Part shown: positions 28,807 to 40,098 of the stretch, piece by piece | How positions within the stretch are numbered: the stretch's first letter is position 1 | Layout of the letters: every line of letters begins with the position of its first letter | Assembly: GCA_965140585.1 (NCBI GenBank) | Contig: OZ223269.1 | Coordinates: 480,001 to 544,000, forward strand | Direction of reading: 5' to 3' | Length of the DNA stretch: 64,000 bases | Source: Spirochaetia bacterium | Lineage (GTDB): Bacteria; Spirochaetota; Spirochaetia; UBA9216 | The notes under the pieces: generated by a model | The model's input: only the letters and a program-made list of their open reading frames with translations | Database searches by the model: none | What the model was told of the DNA's origin: nothing | Program-made: the position numbers and the translations under genes

Positions 28807-29475
28807 CTGGTAAAAATAGAAGGTCTTAAAAAGGCCTATAAAACAGGAAATGAGGATCTTCAGATACTCAAAAATATTGATCTCAGAATAGAGAAGGGAA
28901 CGAAGGTTATGATTACCGGCGGCAGCGGTTGCGGTAAAAGTACGCTTCTTAATATCATAGGCGGTCTTGATAACTGTGACGATGGCCTGGTTGAAATTGA
29001 CGGAAGTCAAATCAACACGATGACTGAATATGAAATTGCCAGGTATCGTCAGAAAACTATAGGTTTTATTTTCCAGTTTCATTACCTTCTGAAAGATTTT
29101 ACTTGTGTAGAAAATGTAATGATGCCGCTTTACATGGCAGGTGAAAGCAGGAAAAAAGCTCTCAAAAAAGCTGAAGAACTGCTTGAGCATGTAAAACTCG
29201 GCGAACGGCTGAACCACTTTCCTTCACAGCTTTCAGGCGGGGAAAGGCAGCGAGCCGCAATGGCCAGAGCTCTTGTTAATGATCCGAAACTTATTCTTGC
29301 AGACGAACCTACCGGCAACCTTGATGAGGAAAATTCCGCTATTGTAGAAGAACTGCTTTTCAGGCTTGTGGCTGAATATGGTAAAACGCTCATCATGGTT
29401 ACTCACGACATGGAGCTGGCAGGCCGCGGAAGCATTGAATATAAACTTACATCCGGAGAGCTGGTCAAATTATGA
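28807..29475 (+). CDS. lolD: LolD-family ABC ATPase, probable CTG start
   Basis: [39 protein letters not shown]. The conserved N-terminus [11 protein letters not shown]...ILKNIDL lies upstream of the first ATG (28909). SD GGGAGG is 6 nt before CTG 28807. Confidence 0.85.
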   Translation: MVKIEGLKKAYKTGNEDLQILKNIDLRIEKGTKVMITGGSGCGKSTLLNIIGGLDNCDDGLVEIDGSQINTMTEYEIARYRQKTIGFIFQFHYLLKDFTCVENVMMPLYMAGESRKKALKKAEELLEHVKLGERLNHFPSQLSGGERQRAAMARALVNDPKLILADEPTGNLDEENSAIVEELLFRLVAEYGKTLIMVTHDMELAGRGSIEYKLTSGELVKL

Positions 29476-30707
29476 TGAATTCTCCGGGTTTTTCTGTATT
29501 TCTCGGTCTTAGAAACTTTATGACCTTCAACAGGGGTAAAAAACGGACCATGGCTGGAGCCGCAGTGGGAATAGCCTTGTCAATGATTCCGCTTATAGTA
29601 GTTCTAGAAGTTTCTACCGGTATGATTGAGGGCATAACAAGACGGTTTATTGAAATAGGTACCGGCCATTACCAGATAAGGTTCTTTGATGAACCTGATA
29701 AAAGCGAAATTGCTGAAGCTCTCGATAAGACTGAAAAAATTCCCGAGGTACTTTGTGCATATCCGGTTTATACAGGCAGTGCATTGATATACTCTGCGTC
29801 GTATAAAAGCGGAATACAGGTGAAAGGGCTTCCTGATGATGTTTATGAAAGAGATTCCGGACTTAAGGAATATCTTGAAATTGACAGCGGAACTTTTGAT
29901 ATCCATGAAAATAATTCGATAATGATAAGCAGCGGAATTGCAGATCTCCTTGATGCTGTTCCAGGCCAGGATGTGAAACTGCTGACTGCTATGCAGACTT
30001 CCAGCGGTCGTACTGTTCTGCGCCCCGAAGTTTTTACGGTAACCGGAATATTTTCAACCGGCTATTACGAACTGGATGCTCTTTCAGCTTATATAAATTA
30101 TGACAAGGCAGCGATGCTTTTCAGAAGCAGCGGAGAGATGCATCTTGAGACTAAGGTTGAAGATCCCTATTCCGGGTCGGGGACTATAAATGAAGAACTG
30201 CAGAGTGCAGCAGGTGAAGGCTCAATGATATATTCCTGGTATCAGCTTAACAGAAGTATGTATGAGTCGCTGAATACCACAAGAACTCTGCTTTTATTTA
30301 TCATGATTATTATTGTAGTTGTTGCATCGGTTAATGTGGCCTCTTCAATGATTATTATGATTATGGACAGACAGCAGGATATTGCCATTTTAAAAAGCTG
30401 TGGTGCCGGCCGGGGGCAGATAAGACTTGCTTTCATTATTACAGGGGCTGTGACCGGCATTACCGGAGCATTCGCAGGTATTTCTGCAGGACTTCTGATA
30501 TCATTGAATATTAACCGTATTATTCTGTTTTTTAACAGGATTTCCGAAGCGGCCGGTTTCTACCTGGATCACATTCCGGTCATCATCAGGCCTTATCAGA
30601 TAGCTGCAGTTTTTATTACAGCAGTGATTCTATCATCGCTTGCGGCAGTCATACCTGCCGGAAAAGCCGAAAAGCTGAAACCATTGGAAGTAATCAGTAA
30701 ACACTGA
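29472..30707 (+). CDS. lolE: LolC/E-family ABC permease
   Basis: GIALSMIPLIVV..GMIEGI, DIAILKSCGA, KLKPLEVI. Confidence 0.8.
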   Translation: MMNSPGFSVFLGLRNFMTFNRGKKRTMAGAAVGIALSMIPLIVVLEVSTGMIEGITRRFIEIGTGHYQIRFFDEPDKSEIAEALDKTEKIPEVLCAYPVYTGSALIYSASYKSGIQVKGLPDDVYERDSGLKEYLEIDSGTFDIHENNSIMISSGIADLLDAVPGQDVKLLTAMQTSSGRTVLRPEVFTVTGIFSTGYYELDALSAYINYDKAAMLFRSSGEMHLETKVEDPYSGSGTINEELQSAAGEGSMIYSWYQLNRSMYESLNTTRTLLLFIMIIIVVVASVNVASSMIIMIMDRQQDIAILKSCGAGRGQIRLAFIITGAVTGITGAFAGISAGLLISLNINRIILFFNRISEAAGFYLDHIPVIIRPYQIAAVFITAVILSSLAAVIPAGKAEKLKPLEVISKH

Positions 30708-30769
30708 CAAAAATTAAATCACTTTATTTTAATCGCAAATTTTATTAAACTAATATGTAAGGTGGCTGA

Positions 30770-31282
30770 ATGAAATGTGATATTTGCGGCGATAATGACG
30801 CCGTTATACATGTAAAACAGATAATGGGTAATGATGTAAAAGAACTGCACTTATGTACATCCTGCGCCGGTGAAAAAGGAATTTCAGGAGAAGAGGATAT
30901 AATTGAACTCTCTCTTTCTCAGCTCCTGACCGGACTTATAGATATCACCGACAAGGTTTCCGAAAAAGCGGACAGTGAGGTTTGCAGGAATTGCGGTACA
31001 AATATAAAGGATTTCAGGAAAAACGGAACAGTCGGCTGTCCGGAATGCTATAACGTGTTTATTAAAGATGTTGAGAATTATCTTCAGAATACAGCAGGGA
31101 ATTTTCGGCATACCGGCAAGCTTCCTGAAAAGGTAATAACACTTAAAACCCTGCTTGTTGACAAGGAAAGCCTGCGTGAAAAGCTTTCAAACGCAATCAG
31201 CAGCGAAGATTATGAACAGGCGGCTATCCTCAGGGACCGTATAAAGCTTCTTGAAAAGAGAGCGGGGGTCGGTGATGAGTAA
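30770..31282 (+). CDS. mcsA: McsA (four CxxC motifs plus UVR domain)
   Basis: CDIC, CTSC, CRNC, GCPECY, HTGK.P, EDYEQAAILRD. Confidence 0.92.
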   Translation: MKCDICGDNDAVIHVKQIMGNDVKELHLCTSCAGEKGISGEEDIIELSLSQLLTGLIDITDKVSEKADSEVCRNCGTNIKDFRKNGTVGCPECYNVFIKDVENYLQNTAGNFRHTGKLPEKVITLKTLLVDKESLREKLSNAISSEDYEQAAILRDRIKLLEKRAGVGDE

Positions 31283-32336
31283 CAGTCTGCTGATTAAGGA
31301 CAAAGCCGGATGGTTTTCTGAAAGCGGAGCACAGGAAGATGTCGTAATCTCCAGCCGTATAAGGCTTTCCAGAAATCTGAACGGACATATGTATCCGGGA
31401 AAGATGGAGCAGGATGAAGAAGACAAGGTAGGCGCTGAGATATCTGAATCATTTGGAAAAATTTCCGGTTCTACTGTTTTCAGAACTGATGAGGTAGGTA
31501 ATATCAATCCTCTTGATCGGAAGATTCTGCTTGAACGAAATCATATTTCTCAGGATTTCACCCTGCACCAGTCAAGAAGATTCGCACTGAGTGAGGATAA
31601 TCTGAGCTCCTGTATGATAAACGAACGGGACCATATCAGGCTGTCGGTATTCGGCGGCGGGCTTGGAGTTGAAGAGTGTTATAAAAAAGCAGATTTAATA
31701 GATCGGGAACTTGAAAAATATCTGGATTATGCTGTCTCATTTGATTTGGGATATCTTAATACGGAGGTTGGGAATCTTGGTACCGGGATGAAAGTTTCTG
31801 TTATGATGCATTTGCCGGCCCTTGTTAAAACAAACCTGATTGAAAAAGCATTGAAAGCGGTGGTTCAGATTGGTTTTACTGTAAAAGGTTTTATGGGTGA
31901 TGAAGATCACTCACTCGGAAGTATGTACCAGATATCAAATCAGTTTACCATTGGTCACACCGAGCAGGAGCTTATCGAAAAGCTTGAGAATCTTGCACAG
32001 CAGATAAGTCTCTATGAACGAAAAGCCCGTGAAGAACTGTTTGAAAAGAAACGAACTGAACTGGAAGATACTGTTTACCGTGCATACGGCCTGCTGACTA
32101 ACTGCAGACTGCTCGGATCAAACGAAGCAATGCAGAATCTGTCAATGCTGAGGCTCGGAGCCGCGCTTGGAATGTTAGAGCTTCCAATGAATATATGCAG
32201 TACGCTGATATTTCTCAGTCAGAAATCGCATATACAGAGAATGCTTGGAAAGGATGAAGATGCATCCAATGATTCATTAATAGATTTTACTAGAGCCGAA
32301 CTTATAAAAAAGGTAATACTGGAAAAACAACTGTAG
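31275..32336 (+). CDS. mcsB: McsB-like ATP:guanido phosphotransferase (catalytic residues altered)
   Basis: SSRIRLSRNL, INERDH, NLGTG, MHLPAL, YQISNQ. Lies between mcsA and clpC. Confidence 0.88.
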   Translation: MSNSLLIKDKAGWFSESGAQEDVVISSRIRLSRNLNGHMYPGKMEQDEEDKVGAEISESFGKISGSTVFRTDEVGNINPLDRKILLERNHISQDFTLHQSRRFALSEDNLSSCMINERDHIRLSVFGGGLGVEECYKKADLIDRELEKYLDYAVSFDLGYLNTEVGNLGTGMKVSVMMHLPALVKTNLIEKALKAVVQIGFTVKGFMGDEDHSLGSMYQISNQFTIGHTEQELIEKLENLAQQISLYERKAREELFEKKRTELEDTVYRAYGLLTNCRLLGSNEAMQNLSMLRLGAALGMLELPMNICSTLIFLSQKSHIQRMLGKDEDASNDSLIDFTRAELIKKVILEKQL

Positions 32337-32354
32337 AAAAATACGGAGGACGGA

Positions 32355-34853
32355 ATGTTCAAAGGCCTTACACAGAGAGCGCAGAGAATACTGACAATAT
32401 TTGCCCAGGAAGAAGCTAAGCGGTTTCACTCGGATCAGCTGCTTCCCGAACATATCCTGCTTGCAATTATAAAGGAAGGTGAGGGCATCGGTTATAAAGC
32501 CATGAAAAAGCTTAATATCGATCCCATAGAACTTCAGCTTGAGATAGAGCGCAATATACCTAAAAAACACAGCGGACTGATACTTGGCGATGTGCCTCCT
32601 TCACGACGCGGTAAGAAAATTCTTGAAGATTCAGCTGAGGAAGCAAGAAATCTCGGTCATGACTATATCGGTACCGAGCATCTGATTATTGCTGCAGTTA
32701 ATGAAGCGGGTAGTATTGCTTCACGCTTTTTCATTAAATATTCAGTTAATCCTGATGACTTAAGAAATACAGTGATTGAAATCAGAGGCCCGGGGAATGT
32801 GAAGCAGAAGCCGGCACCGACTGATGAACCGGCAAGGAAGAAGCTTCCCATTAACAGCAAAAAATCTACACCTACTCTGGATGAGTTTGCCAGGGAGCTG
32901 ACCGAATACGCCAGGCAGGAAAAGCTTGACCCTGTAATAGGACGTGAAAAGGAAATCCAGCGTGTAATTCAGATTCTCGCCAGACGTAATAAGAATAACC
33001 CCGTTCTCATCGGTGAACCGGGAGTAGGTAAAACCGCCATAGTAGAAGGTCTTGCACAGAAAATTGTCGACGGAGAAGCTCCCGAGGTTCTTATCGGAAA
33101 GCGTGTTCTTACCCTGGATCTGGCTTCACTCATAGCAGGTACAAAATACCGCGGTGAATTTGAGGAGAGACTCAAGCGTGTAATGAAAGAAATACGCGCG
33201 GCAGGAAATGTCATTCTGTTTATTGACGAACTTCATACAATTATCGGTGCAGGCGGTGCTGAAGGGGCCATAGACGCATCAAATATGCTTAAGCCTGCAT
33301 TATCCCGAGGAGAGCTTCAGTGCGTTGGTGCTACTACACTGAACGAATACAAGAAGTATATCGAGAAAGATGCTGCACTTGAAAGACGCTTTCAGACCAT
33401 TCTTGTAGAAGAACCGAATGTTGAGGATACCATTGCCATACTTCATGGGGTGAAAGCTAATTACGAAGAACATCATAATGTTAAATATACCGATGAAGCT
33501 GTTATTGCTGCAGCCAAGCTTTCGGATAAGTATGTACCGGACAGGTTTCTGCCGGACAAAGCAATCGATCTTATTGATGAAGCAGGTTCATACAAGCGGA
33601 TAAACAACAGTATCCGGCCCAAAGAACTTGCAGATATGGAAAAGAAGATCGAAGAGCTTACACAGGAAAAAATAACCCTTGTAAACAGCCAGAACTACGA
33701 AAAGGCTGCTGCTGTACGTGATAAGGTTCGTCAGATGAAATCTGAGGTTGAAGAGCTAAAGAAGGGCTGGCAGGATACGCTGAGGCATGAGAAAAATGTA
33801 GTGACTGATGAGGATATTCAGGAACTTATTTCAAATATCACCGGCATACCCTTGTTCCGTCTTGTACAGACTGAATCTGAAAGACTGCTTAAAATTGAGG
33901 CCGAACTTCACAAGACGGTTATCGGTCAGGATGATGCAATTAAAGTTGTTGCCTCATCGATAAGAAGATCGCGGACAGGTCTCAGTTCACCTACAAGGCC
34001 TATGGGGTCATTTATTTTCCTCGGTCCAACAGGTGTAGGAAAGACCCTTCTTGCAAAAACGCTTGCAGAGTTCCTCTTTGGAAATCAGGATTCCTTAATC
34101 CGTATAGATATGTCTGATTACATGGAAAAACATAACCTTTCAAGGCTTGTAGGAGCTCCTCCGGGATATGTAGGCTATGAAGAAGGCGGAGTCCTTACAG
34201 AACAGATACGAAGAAGACCCTATAGTGTAATTCTACTTGATGAAATTGAAAAAGCTCATCCTGATGTATTTAATCTGCTGCTGCAGGTTCTTGAAGAAGG
34301 TGAGCTTGCTGATAACCTCGGACACAAGGTCTCTTTTAGAAACACCGTGCTGATAATGACAAGTAATGCCGGTGCAAGAGAAATATCAAAAGGCTCGTCT
34401 CTTGGTTTTCAGGTATCTGAAGGTCTTATGGATCACGGTGAAATTAAGACTTCTGCCATGAATGAGCTTAGAAGAGTTTTCAGACCTGAGTTCCTTAACC
34501 GAATTGATGATATTGTAGTGTTTCACAGTCTTGATAAAGCTAATGTCAGTGAAATTTTCGATGTAATGATGTCTGAAGTAGCCATCAGGCTGTTTGAGAA
34601 TAATATTTTCATTGAAATTAGTAAAAAGGCAAAAGAGCGTCTTATTGAAATCGGTTACGATGTTAAATACGGAGCAAGACCTTTAAGAAGAACAATTCAG
34701 AACGAGATAGAAGATCCCCTGTCAATGGAGATTCTTAAAGGCAACTTCAAGAGCGGTGATCATATTCTTGTAGAAAGCAGAAATGAAAAGATAAAGTTTC
34801 GTTTAAAGAAAAATAACAAAGAACAGACAGAGCATGCTGAACAAAAAAATTAA
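32355..34853 (+). CDS. clpC: ATP-dependent Clp protease ATP-binding subunit ClpC
   Basis: Clp-N repeats, GEPGVGKT and [11 protein letters not shown] modules, UVR middle domain, ClpP-binding LGF loop. Confidence 0.96.
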   Translation: MFKGLTQRAQRILTIFAQEEAKRFHSDQLLPEHILLAIIKEGEGIGYKAMKKLNIDPIELQLEIERNIPKKHSGLILGDVPPSRRGKKILEDSAEEARNLGHDYIGTEHLIIAAVNEAGSIASRFFIKYSVNPDDLRNTVIEIRGPGNVKQKPAPTDEPARKKLPINSKKSTPTLDEFARELTEYARQEKLDPVIGREKEIQRVIQILARRNKNNPVLIGEPGVGKTAIVEGLAQKIVDGEAPEVLIGKRVLTLDLASLIAGTKYRGEFEERLKRVMKEIRAAGNVILFIDELHTIIGAGGAEGAIDASNMLKPALSRGELQCVGATTLNEYKKYIEKDAALERRFQTILVEEPNVEDTIAILHGVKANYEEHHNVKYTDEAVIAAAKLSDKYVPDRFLPDKAIDLIDEAGSYKRINNSIRPKELADMEKKIEELTQEKITLVNSQNYEKAAAVRDKVRQMKSEVEELKKGWQDTLRHEKNVVTDEDIQELISNITGIPLFRLVQTESERLLKIEAELHKTVIGQDDAIKVVASSIRRSRTGLSSPTRPMGSFIFLGPTGVGKTLLAKTLAEFLFGNQDSLIRIDMSDYMEKHNLSRLVGAPPGYVGYEEGGVLTEQIRRRPYSVILLDEIEKAHPDVFNLLLQVLEEGELADNLGHKVSFRNTVLIMTSNAGAREISKGSSLGFQVSEGLMDHGEIKTSAMNELRRVFRPEFLNRIDDIVVFHSLDKANVSEIFDVMMSEVAIRLFENNIFIEISKKAKERLIEIGYDVKYGARPLRRTIQNEIEDPLSMEILKGNFKSGDHILVESRNEKIKFRLKKNNKEQTEHAEQKN

Positions 34854-35433
34854 CGAACTTACATACGTCGCATTTGACTTTGAGACAACCGGCCTCTATC
34901 CAGACAAGGATAAAATTATTGAGATAGGGGCGGTTAAATTTGATCTCTGCGGTGCAGAATACCGTTTTTCCGGCCTGATAAATCCCGGAGTCGGGATTCC
35001 CGAGGCAGCTTCGGCCGTAAACGGAATATCTGATGATATGGTAGCAGATAAGCCCTCAATAGATGTAATACTTCCCGACTTCATTGAGTTCATAAAAGAT
35101 TCGGTGCTCGTTGCGCATAATATCGGCTTTGACGCTGCATTTTTAAGGCAGAGTATTTCTGACTGTGGTTGGCTTGTGCCTGAACTTCCCCTTGTTGATA
35201 CTCTAGCACTTTCAAGAAGACATCTAAGGGGTTACCAGCGGTATACACTTGAAAGTCTGGCAATGAATCTTGGAATTAACCTTGAGAATGCACACCGTGC
35301 TGAAGATGATGCGGCAGCTTGTATGGAGGTTTTTCTTGTATGCCTTCAGAAAGTCGGCGGTTCATCAACCAGAACCCTGAGGGATTATCTCAAACTCTCC
35401 GGTCATCCCTTGAAAACGCTTTCAAAAAAGTAG
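34834..35433 (+). CDS. DEDDh 3'-5' exonuclease (DnaQ-like)
   Basis: [21 protein letters not shown]. Confidence 0.92.
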   Translation: MLNKKINELTYVAFDFETTGLYPDKDKIIEIGAVKFDLCGAEYRFSGLINPGVGIPEAASAVNGISDDMVADKPSIDVILPDFIEFIKDSVLVAHNIGFDAAFLRQSISDCGWLVPELPLVDTLALSRRHLRGYQRYTLESLAMNLGINLENAHRAEDDAAACMEVFLVCLQKVGGSSTRTLRDYLKLSGHPLKTLSKK

Positions 35434-35455
35434 TTTTTATGATAGGTTTTTCCCG

Positions 35456-36385
35456 ATGAATCTTGAAGCTTTTATACTTGGAACCGGTGGCATGATGCCC
35501 CTTCCTTACCGATTTTTGACTTCTGTGCTTTTGAGAAGAGAAGGTGATTTATTTCTTTTTGACTGTGGAGAATCTACCCAGGTCTCTCTAAGAAAACTTA
35601 ATCTTAAGTGGAAAAAGATAAATTCTATTTTCATATCACACACTCATGCAGACCATGTAACCGGTCTTCCGGGCATTCTTATGCTCTCATCTCAGGTTGA
35701 TCGTGATGATCCTCTTTATATTTACGGACCGCCAAGAATAAAGGAATATGTTGAGACCAGCCGAAGGGTTTTGGAAATGTACATTAATTATGAGATAGTA
35801 GTTAAGGAAATTTTTGAACCCGGTGTCATTTATGAAAATGATGAGTTTTACATTAAAACAATACAGCTCAATCATACAAGGCCATGTGTCGGTTATTCGC
35901 TTGTAGAAAAAGACAGGCCAGGAATATTCTTTCCTGAAAAAGCTATCGCATCGGGTGTTCCGAAGGGGCCCCTCTGGTCGCAGCTGCAGCGGGGTGAAAA
36001 TGTTGTTCTTGAAGACGGAGTCACTGTCAAGCCCGGAGATGTTCTTGGCGAAGCAAGGAAAGGCCGAAAGTTTTCATTTATTACCGATACAGCAGTTACT
36101 TCTGAAATGCCCGAATTTGTTAAGGATTCAGATCTTCTTATTTGTGAAGGCATGTTCTGTGATGAACTGAAAGACAGTGCCTGGGAAAAGCGGCACATGA
36201 CTGCTGTGCAGGCTGCTGAAATTGCAAAAGCCGCTGGTGGTGTAAAACAGATGGGGCTCATCCATTACAGTCCGCGATATACTGAATATGATCTGAAACA
36301 TATGCTGAAAGAGGCCGCGGCAGTATTTCCTGATACATTCCTCTCTAGAGACGGTCAGTATATTCCAATTCTAAATGAAGACTGA
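35456..36385 (+). CDS. rnz: Ribonuclease Z
   Basis: LGTGG..P, DCGE, HTHADH, exosite GVPKGP, HYSPRY. Confidence 0.93.
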   Translation: MNLEAFILGTGGMMPLPYRFLTSVLLRREGDLFLFDCGESTQVSLRKLNLKWKKINSIFISHTHADHVTGLPGILMLSSQVDRDDPLYIYGPPRIKEYVETSRRVLEMYINYEIVVKEIFEPGVIYENDEFYIKTIQLNHTRPCVGYSLVEKDRPGIFFPEKAIASGVPKGPLWSQLQRGENVVLEDGVTVKPGDVLGEARKGRKFSFITDTAVTSEMPEFVKDSDLLICEGMFCDELKDSAWEKRHMTAVQAAEIAKAAGGVKQMGLIHYSPRYTEYDLKHMLKEAAAVFPDTFLSRDGQYIPILNED

Positions 36386-37552
36386 TTAAACCTTCGTAGC
36401 TATAAACTGCCTGTATTTCTTTAAATCTGTCCTGAACGCTATTGTAGAACTGCCCGTTTCTTTTTCCGCCTTCGAAAGGGCTACCTTTGCTTCATGAATC
36501 ATCCGCTCCTCGTTGAGAAGCCGTCCATTACGCGAAGTAAGGCCTGCGAATATTTTAAAAGCTGATTTCGGAAATCGATTCTGTATACTTTTTTTGAAGC
36601 GTTCTACATCGGTATGACCTTCATCTATATCCTTGTCAGGAATAATAATACAAAAATCGCTGCTGCCGTATTCAAATGCAAGATCCTTGTAATTGAAATG
36701 TTCTATGATAAGTTCGGAAATATTTCTGTAGGGTATGAATCCTGATGGACTCTTTATGCTTATAAAAGTTAAGCAGGCATCCTGATCAAATGAAGCTGCT
36801 CTTTTAAGTTCAGCGGAGAGGCGTTCAGGAAGAAGATGTTCCCATACAAGACCGCTTTTTGGAGAGAATAAACTGCCTGTATCTTCTTTCGGCCTGGAAT
36901 CAGAGACCGCTGCTGCCTGGGGATCAACCCTTTCATCAGCAGGGTCTTCATTATTATCGGGAGAAGAATCTTCGTTATAAGGTTTGTCATTTGTGGTAAC
37001 TGCAGCATTTCTGCTCCCGTTAATGCTGAGAAAGATACCGGTTACAAGAAGAAAAAGTACAGCAAGAACAAGTGAATTTCTTAAGACCGGAAGTATTGAT
37101 GAGCGGGTAAAAGTATTTACTACTATTGTCAAAAAAAGATCGCTTGAAGGAACTGATAATTTAACAGATCTTTGAGTAAAGAAAGGGTTGTAGAGATTGA
37201 AATCAGGCTGCCCATTCCATCCAGAAATATCTGAAGGATCTGAGTTTAAAATCTTCTTGTCATAGATATTGAAATATACAGGTCCTTCGAGTTTGCTGTA
37301 GATAATTAACCCCGATAATTCAGAATAACTGCTCATTATCTCTCGTACACGCTGACTGAACCCGCTTCCTGAAAAGCCTTTCGAAAGCGAATATGAAACT
37401 TCAGCATCTTTCTGCAGAACATTGATGATTTCAGCAGCTGATGTATCACCGTTTTTCTTGAATCCATCTATCGAGTACCATATGTAGCCTGCAAGAGCTA
37501 TAAAAAATATCAAACTTACCGCAAAATATATTTTAACCGATGTTTTAACCAT
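36386..37552 (-). CDS. Membrane protein with degenerate GGDEF-like domain
   Basis: Two TM helices flank a periplasmic region. C-terminal ELKRA...EYGSSDFCIIIPD...GLTSRNGR lacks GG(D/E)EF. Confidence 0.7.
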   Translation of the reverse strand: MVKTSVKIYFAVSLIFFIALAGYIWYSIDGFKKNGDTSAAEIINVLQKDAEVSYSLSKGFSGSGFSQRVREIMSSYSELSGLIIYSKLEGPVYFNIYDKKILNSDPSDISGWNGQPDFNLYNPFFTQRSVKLSVPSSDLFLTIVVNTFTRSSILPVLRNSLVLAVLFLLVTGIFLSINGSRNAAVTTNDKPYNEDSSPDNNEDPADERVDPQAAAVSDSRPKEDTGSLFSPKSGLVWEHLLPERLSAELKRAASFDQDACLTFISIKSPSGFIPYRNISELIIEHFNYKDLAFEYGSSDFCIIIPDKDIDEGHTDVERFKKSIQNRFPKSAFKIFAGLTSRNGRLLNEERMIHEAKVALSKAEKETGSSTIAFRTDLKKYRQFIATKV

Positions 37553-37619
37553 ATATAATAATATTCGGTAGAAAAAAATATGTATATACTATTTTTTAAT
37601 AAAAAAGAGAGGCTGCTAT

Positions 37620-38444
37620 ATGTCCATACGCTACAGGAAGCTTCCAGAAGGCTGGTACCCTTCCCGAAGTGCTGATATCAAAAAAATGATAGATAATTGG
37701 ACCGAAGGGGTCGAGTATGATGAAACGTCTCATGCTGCAGTTGTTCCCCATGCAGGATGGTATTTTTCAGGAAGAACAGCTGCAAATACTTTAAAACAGC
37801 TGTGTTCTAATAAGGATGTTATAGCTGTAATTGGCGGACATTTACCGCCGGGTAATTCGATACTTGCTGCTTCTGAAGATTATTTTGAATTGCCGGATAA
37901 TGGAAAAGCTGTAAATGCAGCAGATGTTCTCGGTCTTTTAAAAAAAGAACTCTCTATCAAAGAAGATGTTTATACTGATAACACTGTTGAGGTTCTACTG
38001 CCTATGATAAATCAACTGGCTCCGGAGGCAGAGATACTTTGGCTTCGTGCACCTTCAGATTCAAAAAGTATTATTTTGGCTGAAAAACTGAAAAAACTTT
38101 TTACTGAACAGGAAATTTCAGGTGCTGTAGTCGGCTCTACGGACCTGTCTCACTATGGCCCTAACTACGGTTTTGCGCCTATGGATTCGCTGAATGACCC
38201 GGTAGGGTGGGTAAAAAAAGTAAATGATCAAAGAATAATAGATGCGATGATAAGCATGAGACCTGAAAATATTTTGAATACCGCATTAAATGAGTCATCT
38301 GCATGCTCTCCGGGAGCGGCGGCAGCAGCAGCAGTATTTGCAGGCCTGTCAAATATTAAATCAGGTAAGCTTGTTGAATATACCAGCAGCTATGATATTC
38401 AGCCATCAAGATCCTTCGTAGGTTATGCAGGTATTATTTATTAA
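37620..38444 (+). CDS. amrB: MEMO/AmmeMemoRadiSam protein B family
   Basis: GWYP, VPHAGWYFSG, STDLSHYG, YTSS, FVGYAGI. Confidence 0.88.
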   Translation: MSIRYRKLPEGWYPSRSADIKKMIDNWTEGVEYDETSHAAVVPHAGWYFSGRTAANTLKQLCSNKDVIAVIGGHLPPGNSILAASEDYFELPDNGKAVNAADVLGLLKKELSIKEDVYTDNTVEVLLPMINQLAPEAEILWLRAPSDSKSIILAEKLKKLFTEQEISGAVVGSTDLSHYGPNYGFAPMDSLNDPVGWVKKVNDQRIIDAMISMRPENILNTALNESSACSPGAAAAAAVFAGLSNIKSGKLVEYTSSYDIQPSRSFVGYAGIIY

Positions 38445-40098
38445 GATAAATCCCTGTAGCTTCAAGAGCCCAAAGCCTGACCTTTCTCAGTATCTCCGAG
38501 GATGAAAAATTACTGTTTCGGTATTTTTTTCGGTAAACTGCAGCAATAGGGAAAAGTGTCGTCCATATATCGGTTACAGTAAAATCCAGCATAGAAAAAT
38601 ATAATGAAAGCGGTTCTGCGGGTTCAGGCAGATCAAGAATTTTTTTTCTGTAGTTCTCCAGAAAGTCGTACCAGCTGGATCTGCTTTTGCCGGCTGAAAA
38701 AAAACTGGTAAAATTTGATGTATGTTTATTCGGATTCTGAATTATTTCGAGTTTTTCACCCTGTCCGGGAACCGGAATAATCCTGCCTCTGACATTTGCA
38801 GAAAACTTTTCAAGCCTTTCTCGGTAACTGAGCATCGGTCTGGTTGTATAGCGAAAACCGTAATCGGTTTTAACTAGATTTATGTTCTCATTGCGGTGCA
38901 GAAAATTATAGAAATTGGAATCAATTCCTGATGTCCGTACTGCTCTGCTCCCGAAATAAGGATAGATATATGTACCTCTTGCATATGATTTACCTTCCGG
39001 ATAAGAGAAATCTGTTCCATAGAGGTAAATCTCTGCAGCACCAAGAGAGTCTGCAAGCGATAGTGCCGCATGGGTAACATTTCCGCCGGATGTATCGATA
39101 AAGGGGAACTGTCTCCAATTACGGTTAATGTATTTTGAAAAAGGATGTCCGCTTGTAAAGAAAAAGGTTTTATCTGTAAGCCTTGTAAGAAATGAAGGTG
39201 ACGCAAGATCCAATACCAATGGTACATCCTCGGGGTATCCGGCCATAAAGTGATGATAAGTTATCTGCTGGCAATCTATCGAAATTACCAGGTCCGGTTT
39301 TATTGAGTGACTCATTAGACTGGGCAGTGCAGTATCAGTTGAAATTAAAAAGCTTTCTTTTCTTCTTTTAATCAGATCATCAAGCTGAATATCAAGAGAT
39401 GGTCCGGCAGCCGCTATCAGAACTTTTTTTGCCGGTGGAATTATAGTTGTTGAATTTTGCGCTGCCTCTAGATTGGCCAGCGAATTAATAAACCATTTTT
39501 TGCCGAACCAGGTCTGGACAGTATAATCATCAGAAAGCGCATCAAGAATATCCTTGATGGAATCACCTATTTCATTGAAATAATTTTTTTCAGTTTCGAC
39601 CCTTGACCGTAGATATATTGTCTGGAAATCTCCCATTACGGCAGGAAGATAACTGGATAGAAGAAATTCTTTTATAGACTCTATTGTTTCATCAATGAGA
39701 ATGGTTATTCTTGCATCGGATAGTATATCTGAAAGATCAATTGATAACAGGATTGCTTTTAAAACAGTTATATCCTTGTCGATAATCAGGATCCCGTTGA
39801 TATCGTTACGTTCTAAAAGTCCCTTAATATGATAACAGGCACCCATACCGAAAATAACTATGTATCCTCCTCCGTGTACGGATTCTGAATAACGTTTTCC
39901 TTCTTTTATCGGATCGAAGAGACTATGCAGAGCAAAATCTCTTCCGTTATATTTAATCATAGGAACAAGCAGGCCGGTTCTTGAATCCTTAAATTCGGTG
40001 TTAACAGATTTAGCACAATTTGATAATCTTACCGACAGTTCCTTGTGGCGCAGTGAGAGTGATAATAGATTTCGTTCGAACAATGAATTAGTTAACAT
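38434..40098 (-). CDS. Motility-associated factor (Maf) glycosyltransferase family protein
   Basis: LHSLFDPIKE, AAAGPSLD, DTAL, PDLVISID, GGNV, LYGTDFSY. Confidence 0.85.
   Translation of the reverse strand: MLTNSLFERNLLSLSLRHKELSVRLSNCAKSVNTEFKDSRTGLLVPMIKYNGRDFALHSLFDPIKEGKRYSESVHGGGYIVIFGMGACYHIKGLLERNDINGILIIDKDITVLKAILLSIDLSDILSDARITILIDETIESIKEFLLSSYLPAVMGDFQTIYLRSRVETEKNYFNEIGDSIKDILDALSDDYTVQTWFGKKWFINSLANLEAAQNSTTIIPPAKKVLIAAAGPSLDIQLDDLIKRRKESFLISTDTALPSLMSHSIKPDLVISIDCQQITYHHFMAGYPEDVPLVLDLASPSFLTRLTDKTFFFTSGHPFSKYINRNWRQFPFIDTSGGNVTHAALSLADSLGAAEIYLYGTDFSYPEGKSYARGTYIYPYFGSRAVRTSGIDSNFYNFLHRNENINLVKTDYGFRYTTRPMLSYRERLEKFSANVRGRIIPVPGQGEKLEIIQNPNKHTSNFTSFFSAGKSRSSWYDFLENYRKKILDLPEPAEPLSLYFSMLDFTVTDIWTTLFPIAAVYRKKYRNSNFSSSEILRKVRLWALEATGIYLNK

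Noticed and set aside
30708-30769. CtsR box or CIRCE upstream of mcsA
   Set aside because: Neither the GGTCAAA heptad repeats nor TTAGCACTC-N9-GAGTGCTAA is present.
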